Source: Escherichia phage FL12
Sequence record: PP400786
Strand: one strand, 5' to 3'
Length of the DNA: 64,000 bases
Position 1 is the first letter of the stretch. Every line of letters starts with the position of its first letter. Both the position numbers and the translations under genes were made by a program. The notes under the pieces were generated by a model. It was given only the letters and a program-made list of their open reading frames with translations, had not been told where the DNA came from and made no database searches. This document shows, one piece after another, positions 56,022 to 64,000 of this stretch.

Positions 56022-56351
56022 TCAATTAGAAAATAAATTTATCCAAGATTGTTCTTTAATTAAAAATGGCTCAGAATCATATGCCATTAAACTTTGGGTG
56101 ATTAGTCCTTTAAAAGGTCCATCAATAAATTCCATGGTAAAATATGGAATTTTATTCATTAGCCGTGCATTAGGAGCAGTACACAAAACTCTGCATCCTT
56201 TGAATACGCCTTTTTGTAATTTGTATTGCTTAGGATAAAATTCGCTCAAGACGTTGTTATTTGCCAAAATTTCAAAATGATTCACCAATTTATTTTTAAT
56301 AGTTTTTGGCGAAAAATAAAGATATTCGAAAAGCTGAGTGTCTGTCATCAT
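56022..56351 (-). CDS. hypothetical protein
   Basis: start moved to ATGATG 56346-56351 ([13 protein letters not shown]), ~109 aa. Confidence 0.4.
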   Translation of the reverse strand: MMTDTQLFEYLYFSPKTIKNKLVNHFEILANNNVLSEFYPKQYKLQKGVFKGCRVLCTAPNARLMNKIPYFTMEFIDGPFKGLITQSLMAYDSEPFLIKEQSWINLFSN

Positions 56352-56887
56352 TGCATTCCGATTACGAAAAACTGTGGACGAGTAATACCACCAATGCAGC
56401 ATTTACTATTGCAACAGTGGTGCACAGTTTCAATATGAGCATCATAAATCTTATCCATATCAGGAGATTTGACAGGCTCATCAATTATATACAAAATTCG
56501 CGAAAGCGATAAACCTCTGAACTTGCTTCCTTTATTACCAATAAAACTGCGCACAGAATCAGTAAATAAACGAAAACGTATATCATCATTAGAATAACGC
56601 GAAAATTCCTTTTTAATGTCATCTGCGGAATTTTTAGCATAAACTGAAGTATTAGAAAGAACAATAACTGTTCCGCCATCATACAACCAGTTAGCAGCGA
56701 AGTTAGTCACAGCAATTGATTTACCGGATTGACGTCCACCATCTATACGAAGTGTACAGTACTGCTTGAGTACGTCTTCAAATGGTGGGACATAACCGTT
56801 CTTACAAATTTCTTCTACTCTAGCATCAGAATGGTGTGTAAAAGCATTCATCAGGGATAGATAAGGTCCAGTTAAAAATGTTCTCAT
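56348..56887 (-). CDS. small P-loop NTPase with C-terminal Cys cluster
   Basis: 179 aa; Walker A GGRQSGKS; Walker B LYIIDEP; HHCCNSKCC. Confidence 0.5.
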   Translation of the reverse strand: MRTFLTGPYLSLMNAFTHHSDARVEEICKNGYVPPFEDVLKQYCTLRIDGGRQSGKSIAVTNFAANWLYDGGTVIVLSNTSVYAKNSADDIKKEFSRYSNDDIRFRLFTDSVRSFIGNKGSKFRGLSLSRILYIIDEPVKSPDMDKIYDAHIETVHHCCNSKCCIGGITRPQFFVIGMQ

Positions 56888-57000
56888 TTAGTTTCTCTTT
56901 TAGGTTGGGCCATTCCGTGGCGCATGAATTGTCCATTTCTGTATTTACCCCTCCAAGTAATTATGAATATACTATCACAATTCTAGGAGAAAGTAAACTG

Positions 57001-57304
57001 TTATTTACCTTTAATTACTTTAGCTGCTTCGATAGCCGCTTGCTGAAGGTCATCCATAGACATACCGAATTTAGAAGCAAAGTTATCAATTTTCTTTTCG
57101 ACAGCATTCAAAGGCTTTGCCTGTTTACCTTCATTAGCGCCAGGAAGAGCGAGAATACGCTCTTTGTCAATATAAAGGCTTACAAGTTTCTTACGGTCTT
57201 TATCGGACAAATCATGAAATGAATGGGCCTTTTTATTTATAGCGGGCTTCTAATTTACCTGCACTCACTCGCGCTTCAGTAATAAATTCTTTATATGTTT
57301 TCAT
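57001..57304 (-). pseudogene. internal-protein-like gene disrupted by a +1 frameshift
   Basis: ATG 57302-57304 encodes MKTYKEFITEARVSAGKLEARYK then TAA; the body (…SDKDRKKLVSLYIDKERILALPGANEGKQ…) continues in the +1 frame to 57001. Confidence 0.5.
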
Positions 57305-57367
57305 TTTTGTTTCCTTGTTTGTTTTGATAGAGTAATTATACCATATTAATACTTAAGCGTAAACAAT

Positions 57368-57628
57368 TTAAGCTTTACCGCCAGAAATAATTCCGAAGTT
57401 GTTAAAATCGTATCCAATATCGTCAACATCTACTTTAGGACTTGCTACAACATAAGCAATTTCACTACGTTTTGCATAGGTGTTGATTTCTTTACCATCG
57501 CCACCTAAGAAAAAGTACCCATTACGTTTTAATGAGCCAAAGTCTTCCGCATCACCAATGAAAGCTTTAACTTTAAATTTAGGACCTTTGGCATCTGCTT
57601 CAACGATAAATTCTTGATACATTTTCAT
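57368..57628 (-). CDS. internal protein (capsid-targeted), IPII-like position
   Basis: 86 aa; N-terminal capsid targeting sequence MKMYQEFIVEA. Confidence 0.6.
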   Translation of the reverse strand: MKMYQEFIVEADAKGPKFKVKAFIGDAEDFGSLKRNGYFFLGGDGKEINTYAKRSEIAYVVASPKVDVDDIGYDFNNFGIISGGKA

Positions 57629-57795
57629 TTTTCCTTAGTAAATTGATTTACCAAAGTATTTGTACCAAGTCGGGCGTTGAGCAATTTTTTATCTAAGCGT
57701 GCTTGACTTATCGCAATGGACGCTTCGGACGGGTCATAATTTCCTCCAAGTAGTTGATGAATGTATAGTATCAAAACCCTTGGAGGAAGTAAACA

Positions 57796-59036
<1,241 letters not shown>

Positions 59037-59055
<19 letters not shown>

Positions 59056-59540
59056 TCAGTGATAAAGTTATTTAAATTTTGAGTATATTTCTTTTCATCA
59101 AAAATCTTTTGTTGTCTGCGTAACCGCCATGGCATTTCAATGAACGCGCACCATATCCCAGATAATATTGCTGCTGTCAAAATATTAACAAGCATAATTA
59201 AAAGAATCCAATCTCCTGTTCTGCCTATTGGACTTTCTCCAAAGAAGCAAAATACGAATGATGACACAGGAAGACTAATAATATACCACAGAATCATAAT
59301 TTTATTTGTAAACCAATCAGCATTTGTTAACTTAGCGCGACCATTATGAATACACACGAATTTATCATCTGTTATAATAGATGGCTTAGCTGCTTGATAT
59401 CCCATTCTAAACTCCCTAATCAACAAATTTTTCATATCTTCGGAACAACCATTCCAGTCAACTCTATCAACTGAAATGCCATCATCCCCGTCATCTAAAT
59501 CATACCAGCGAGTTTTTAAAATCATTTGATTTTCCTGCAA
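59037..59540 (-). CDS. membrane protein
   Basis: ORF track 167 aa; two hydrophobic segments. Confidence 0.45.
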
Positions 59541-59884
59541 TCACTCACAAACTCTTCCATTGATTCTTTTTCAATATAAGACATGTAGCTATTATATTCC
59601 TTTAATTGTATTTTGTAATCTTTTTTTCTTTGCCAATTTATTTTAAAATTATCATAATGAAAATATAACATGGTACCAAAGAATGAAAATAATGAAATAA
59701 TTTTAGTATAGTGAAGTTCACTCCAAACTTCTATTATATTTACTGTGCCGTCAATGTTTAAAATAAGACAGTCAATTAACAATCCAAAAAGACTACCCGC
59801 AAGAGCTGCAGCCAACGCCACAGCAAAAATTAAAAATGACTCAGGAAGCGAATATTTGACTTTATTTAGTTTTGGCTTTTGCAT
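59522..59884 (-). CDS. membrane protein
   Basis: ORF track 120 aa. Confidence 0.45.
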   Translation of the reverse strand: MQKPKLNKVKYSLPESFLIFAVALAAALAGSLFGLLIDCLILNIDGTVNIIEVWSELHYTKIISLFSFFGTMLYFHYDNFKINWQRKKDYKIQLKEYNSYMSYIEKESMEEFVSDCRKIK

Positions 59885-60279
59885 CGTGATTCCTTAACAA
59901 ATTTCATAATTTCATCAAATTCATACGCAGCAAGTTTAAGCTGATGTTCCTTTTTAATCTTTTTACACTGTGCTTTCCAATCACGTACACGTTTACGATA
60001 GTGTCTTCCTTGATACCAGTATCCTATCCAATTTACAGGTACTAATAAAAGCGGAACTACCAATGGAAGAATTAGTGTTGCTCCAAATATTGCACCAGAT
60101 TCAATATCAGTCATAACGTCTATAACTATTCCAGCAATCAGCAGAATCACAAATGATACGGCTACCACAGGACCTATTAACACATCAGTAGAAATTATCT
60201 GACGCTTTAATTCATACTTCAAAGGTTTACTTGGAAGGTATAGTGATGGCTTTGACATATTCTCTACATTCCTTAACAA
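59866..60279 (-). CDS. membrane protein
   Basis: ORF track 137 aa. Confidence 0.45.
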   Translation of the reverse strand: MLRNVENMSKPSLYLPSKPLKYELKRQIISTDVLIGPVVAVSFVILLIAGIVIDVMTDIESGAIFGATLILPLVVPLLLVPVNWIGYWYQGRHYRKRVRDWKAQCKKIKKEHQLKLAAYEFDEIMKFVKESRCKSQN

Positions 60280-60835
60280 ATTTTTCTAGTAATAAATCAC
60301 TTTCAAAATTAGGATTTTCCACTAATTTATCAAAAAGATCATCAACAATAGTTAAGATATTCTTTTTACTAAGAATACGTTTATTTTCATGCTTCGTTTC
60401 AGAATCAACTATAAGAGTAAAGAAATATTTCTTGCCCTGAAATTTTACAGTAGTATCAATATAGAATAAATTTGACTTTTGTAAATTACGTTTAAACCAT
60501 GCATCACTTAAACTATAAACGCCAAGATAATCATAATCGTCGTTTAAATAACAGACCGTCCATTCAGGAGAAACAAAATCAGTAAATTCAACATCAAAAT
60601 CACACGTCAATAAATGAATTGATTCAATACTGTTAATAAGTATTCCAGGACGTATTAAAGACTTTTTACCTCTAGAAAATCTTCCAGAAAGACTTTCATC
60701 AGTTTCATATGAAGAACCCCAATAATAATTACGTCCTTCTGCCATACGTTTAAGAGCATTTAGTAATTGGTCTGGAACATCAACTTGTCTTTGGAACTCT
60801 TCAAACATTGAATTGAAATCATTTTGCATTCTCAT
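60227..60835 (-). CDS. hypothetical protein
   Basis: ORF track 202 aa. Confidence 0.45.
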   Translation of the reverse strand: MRMQNDFNSMFEEFQRQVDVPDQLLNALKRMAEGRNYYWGSSYETDESLSGRFSRGKKSLIRPGILINSIESIHLLTCDFDVEFTDFVSPEWTVCYLNDDYDYLGVYSLSDAWFKRNLQKSNLFYIDTTVKFQGKKYFFTLIVDSETKHENKRILSKKNILTIVDDLFDKLVENPNFESDLLLEKFVKECREYVKAITIPSK

Positions 60836-60855
60836 TCCTATTTACTCCAAGTAAT

Positions 60856-60871
60856 AGGGGCCGAAGCCCCT
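60856..60871 (-). terminator. GC hairpin (aggggccgaagcccct)
   Basis: perfect stem with CGAAG loop. Confidence 0.4.
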
Positions 60872-60876
60872 TATCA

Positions 60877-61470
60877 TTATTTCAGAGAATTAATGTATTC
60901 CTGAACATCGGCAGAGGTAGTTTCAACCCCGGAAATATTACCGTTAAAGGTTTCAACTCGAGCAAGGGTATCTTCAATATCAACCTTAGTCAGTGCTGCA
61001 ATTTCAACTACATCATCAGCAGTACTAATTCCAAGGGCATTTGCCGCACGAGTTTCACGGATATATTCCAATTTAACTGCAAGTTCTTGGCGAGCATCAT
61101 CTAACTCAACTACTTTCTTGGCGATTTCAATTCGCATTTCAGCATAACCATCAGCTTTAGTAGTCAACTGTTCAGCTGTTCGACGATATAGCAAGCCGAG
61201 TTTAGCATGCATTGTTACATCTTGACCTTCAGAAAGAAGCTTGCGAATTTCACGCTCTTTTGATTCAGCCTGTCGATTCTTTTCAACAATAAGTTCACGA
61301 ATACGTTTTTCTTCATTAATAGATTTAATAGAAGCAGTTTTTAGATCTTTAATTTTATCAAGCAGTTTTGCTGCTGCAACAGTATACTGTTCTTCAACAG
61401 ATAGATTTTTAGCCATAGCAGAACCAAGTTTAGTGCGAATAAACTCAACAATTTTCTTCAGTGTGTTCAT
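60877..61470 (-). CDS. coiled-coil protein (possibly PspA/IM30-like)
   Basis: ORF track 197 aa; long amphipathic helices; family assignment is tentative. Confidence 0.4.
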   Translation of the reverse strand: MNTLKKIVEFIRTKLGSAMAKNLSVEEQYTVAAAKLLDKIKDLKTASIKSINEEKRIRELIVEKNRQAESKEREIRKLLSEGQDVTMHAKLGLLYRRTAEQLTTKADGYAEMRIEIAKKVVELDDARQELAVKLEYIRETRAANALGISTADDVVEIAALTKVDIEDTLARVETFNGNISGVETTSADVQEYINSLK

Positions 61471-61513
61471 AGTATTTCCTTAGGTTGATTAAGATTTAAA
61501 ATCCGTGGGAGTA

Positions 61514-61690
61514 TTATACTCCAAAGAGTTTATAAACTATTTCGACATCGCCTTTTGCTGCTTTATAACCTTCAGCCCAGGATACAACTGAATTTTTATC
61601 TGAAGATTCAAACTCTGGCATTGGGCTTTCGCCAATGTTCACACAGTATGTTTCTTCATTTTCGTCGAACCAAATAATTAAAGTAGTCAT
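61514..61690 (-). CDS. small acidic protein
   Basis: Own translation 58 aa MTTLIIWFDENEETYCVNIGESPMPEFESSDKNSVVSWAEGYKAAKGDVEIVYKLFGV. Confidence 0.4.
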   Translation of the reverse strand: MTTLIIWFDENEETYCVNIGESPMPEFESSDKNSVVSWAEGYKAAKGDVEIVYKLFGV

Positions 61691-61758
61691 TTATTTCTCC
61701 GTTTCTGTATTTGTTTTGATAAGTCTATAATAACACCGTCCTTGGTGTTTGTACACAA

Positions 61759-62022
61759 TTATTTCATATTATTGAAATATTCTTCTGCGATTTCGTCGTT
61801 ATCATGGTAAACTTTAGAAGACAGTTTAACATAACTTTCAGCAGTGAACATGTTAATCACAACCTTTACAGTATACCACTGACCGTCTTCATTACCCATT
61901 ACTGCATAGGTTTCAAACATCGGATGGTCAGGACCGATAACTTTAATATCATTCACTGTACGACCGAAATCTTCTGAAACACATTTCATAAAGAAGTTGA
62001 ACAGTTCGCCGTAATTATCCAT
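61759..62022 (-). CDS. hypothetical protein
   Basis: start moved to ATG 62020-62022 (MDNYGELFNFF; RBS GGAGAA), 87 aa; conserved leader cassette upstream. Confidence 0.45.
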   Translation of the reverse strand: MDNYGELFNFFMKCVSEDFGRTVNDIKVIGPDHPMFETYAVMGNEDGQWYTVKVVINMFTAESYVKLSSKVYHDNDEIAEEYFNNMK

Positions 62023-62206
62023 TTCATTCTCCAAGTTGTTTTTCTGTATCAGTAGTTGATAGTTGTATAGTACCACGGAAGAACAAGGATGTAAACCGTT
62101 TTGTGAAAAAATTTTTTAAAAAGTTTTGGGGAATTCTAGGGCAGGGAGGGGCAATTAAAGGATAGGATAATATATTATAAAGGATAGAAACTAAATGATG
62201 CCTAGA

Positions 62207-62255
62207 GAGGCCCGGAAAGGCCTAGATACCAAAAAGCCCTATCATTTAGATAGGG
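62207..62255 (-). terminator. two tandem hairpins, the second followed by a T-run on the minus strand
   Basis: aggcccggaaaggcct and ccctatcatttagataggg preceded on plus by AAAAA. Confidence 0.45.
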
Positions 62256-62263
62256 ATTTAAAA

Positions 62264-62830
62264 TTATTTACCTAGTTTAGTTATTATAGCTTCGGCAGCA
62301 GCTTTTAGCTTAGATGCAGTGTTAATACGATTTTTAATTTCAGTATACGCATCGCCAAGAACATCAAGGCTATCAGAATAAACACTTACACTATTGCGTT
62401 CGCTATTTGAAATAGAACCTTTAGTTTTACGATCAAAATCGGTGTACACGTCTTGAAGATCGCGGGCTGCCTTCTTTGCATCATCCAATGCATCAAGAGC
62501 TTTATTCAAAGCATTGACATATTTTTTAGTGTCGAACATATTCTTAGAAATTTTGACAGGTGCACGTTCAGGAGTAGCTAAGGCAGATTTAGGAAGAACC
62601 TGTTTGCCAGATGCCAGTTTCTTAGAAATTTTGAAAAACGCTTTATTGAAATTATTTTCTTGACTCATCGTAAAAGAACTATTATCAATGTTATACATTT
62701 CAATAGCTTTAGCTTTCCACTTAAGAAAATCGCCACGGTCTTTTGGGTCCAAGTGGAAGAATACTTTAGTAAGATCTGCTTCAGATGGTAATTTTGCTGC
62801 TTCGGTTAAAAATTCGGCGTAGGTTTTCAT
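62264..62830 (-). CDS. internal protein, IPIII-like (capsid-targeted, Lys-rich)
   Basis: 188 aa; N-terminal MKTYAEFLTEA; length and composition like T4 IPIII (194 aa). Confidence 0.55.
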   Translation of the reverse strand: MKTYAEFLTEAAKLPSEADLTKVFFHLDPKDRGDFLKWKAKAIEMYNIDNSSFTMSQENNFNKAFFKISKKLASGKQVLPKSALATPERAPVKISKNMFDTKKYVNALNKALDALDDAKKAARDLQDVYTDFDRKTKGSISNSERNSVSVYSDSLDVLGDAYTEIKNRINTASKLKAAAEAIITKLGK

Positions 62831-62916
62831 TTAAAATCCTTGAAATAATTTATTGGTTATTAATTATTTATCACGTTGTTATATGTAACAGCATTCTCCG
62901 AGCGATTCAAACTAAA

Positions 62917-62940
62917 AGCCCCAACCTTTCGGTCGGGGCT
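62917..62940 (-). terminator. rho-independent terminator after the stable RNA cluster
   Basis: minus strand agccccgaccgaaaggttggggct followed by TTTTAGTTT. Confidence 0.5.
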
Positions 62941-62991
62941 AAGCCTTGCGGCAACCTTGTCGGGGTTCCACCTGCTAAGGCAAGTGTTTGT

Positions 62992-63083
62992 ACGAAACGC
63001 CGGGATTCGAACCCGGTTATTAAGCAGTTGACGCTACTCAATATTTTTAAAAGGCCATATCTCGACCATATCCGAACGTTCCG
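62992..63083 (-). ncRNA. tRNA-like stable RNA (canonical T-arm CCGGGTTCGAATCCCGG and acceptor-like ends; ~92 nt)
   Basis: Own inspection; 5' CGGAACG can pair with 3' CGTTTCG; no clear anticodon arm, so possibly a T4 species-1/2-type RNA. Confidence 0.35.
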
Positions 63084-63256
63084 TCAAAAACGCTACTCGG
63101 CTTACGGCAAAGATATTTCCTCGAATCGATAATTCGGTGCGCCGTTTCTGCTGTGATGTAAGAGGGCATTAGCAGATCGTAAAGATTTGTTAATGCCAGT
63201 CCTTAAACAGGGAACATCAGTCCGACGACTTACCGGTAGCGACCCGGTTTCTTATT
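63084..63256 (-). ncRNA. GC-rich structured RNA segment between tRNA-Arg and the tRNA-like RNA
   Basis: no ORF; 7-bp hairpin GGCATTA...TAATGCC; ~50% GC versus ~35% background. Confidence 0.3.
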
Positions 63257-63333
<77 letters not shown>

Positions 63334-63336
63334 TAA

Positions 63337-64000
63337 TTAAAATTTCATTTTTCGACCTTTAAACCATCCTTCTGGAATTGGGTCAGTTTTCTTAATACGT
63401 TTAGAAACTTTTTCATCTAATGAATGAATCCACATCATACCAAATTGGGAATTCTTTTCGCCCTGTTGATGTTTATTTCTGGCGTGAGATTCTTTCATTT
63501 TATTAATAGTTTCAGGAGTATGGGTCTTACCCAAGAAAGATTTAGTATTTAAAAATTTCTCTCTATACTTAGGATTATCCCAAAGCTGTTTAAACCTTTC
63601 TGAACCCATTTTACGATATTTTTCTTTAAGGTCTGGGTCGTTCTCAAATCTGGTTTTAAAAGCGGCAGCTCCTTTTAAGGAAGCTTCTTTCTTTTTATCC
63701 AAATATTCTTTAGTGTTTAAATGGTCCCAACCACCTTCACCACCTAATTTCAAATTATAAGCATCAGGGCGCTTTAAAAACTCTTCAGTCACAATATTCT
63801 TTTCTGACTCAAACATAGAGGTTTTATCGTCAAAGAACTCTAATATTTCTTTAGAAAAATTTTCTATACCATACTTATCTTGGGCTCTTTTTAATAATTT
63901 ACCAGAACCCATATATCCATCATCTAAATTTTCGGTAGAATGAGCGCCTATATAGATTTTATTATTAATTTTATTTGTTATTTTATAAATGTAATGGAAC
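63337..64000 (-). CDS. segB: GIY-YIG homing endonuclease SegB-like; N-terminal few codons beyond window end
   Basis: minus-strand frame open to the window edge: ...FHYIYKITNKINNKIYIGAHSTENLDDGYMGSGKLLK...; adjacent to the tRNA region as in T4. Confidence 0.65.
   Translation of the reverse strand, partial: FHYIYKITNKINNKIYIGAHSTENLDDGYMGSGKLLKRAQDKYGIENFSKEILEFFDDKTSMFESEKNIVTEEFLKRPDAYNLKLGGEGGWDHLNTKEYLDKKKEASLKGAAAFKTRFENDPDLKEKYRKMGSERFKQLWDNPKYREKFLNTKSFLGKTHTPETINKMKESHARNKHQQGEKNSQFGMMWIHSLDEKVSKRIKKTDPIPEGWFKGRKMKF

Overview
This 64-kb window is a segment of a T4-like (T-even) Escherichia myovirus genome, colinear with the T4 early/middle region: gene 39 (partial) - dexA - dda - modA/modB - soc - 56 - 61 - sp/dmd - 41 - 40 - uvsX - segA - beta-gt - 42 - imm - 43 - regA - 62 - 44 - 45 - rpbA - 46 - 47 - alpha-gt - 55 - nrdH/nrdG/nrdD - 49 - pin - nrdC - a hyperplastic block - mobD - rI - tk - regB - internal-protein genes - e - nudE - tRNA/stable RNAs - segB (partial). 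Nearly every gene is on the minus strand, tightly packed and often translationally coupled (ATGA/TAATG overlaps). Genes are separated by T4-type early promoters (GTTTAC-N17/18-TATAAT), MotA-box middle promoters, a late TATAAATA promoter before soc, and GC-rich CGAAG/UUCG-loop hairpins. Core proteins match T4 lengths and motifs, but the lysozyme differs at several residues from the T4 sequence I remember, no denV is present and nrdD is intronless, so I read this as a close T4 relative rather than T4 itself. No database search was possible; all names come from motif, length and synteny recognition. ORF-track starts often use TTG/GTG and are over-extended; I corrected starts where an ATG with a good RBS was evident. 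The most interesting candidates are: a family of ORFs carrying internal-protein capsid-targeting leaders (MKTYxEF), one frameshifted and one orphan beside the primase gene; a TARG1/DarG-like macro-domain gene; a Pol-beta-type nucleotidyltransferase plus P-loop ATPase pair beside homing-endonuclease genes; an in-frame amber codon separating two homologous gene halves; a plus-strand small membrane-protein ORF; and several tandem arrays of small paralogous genes.
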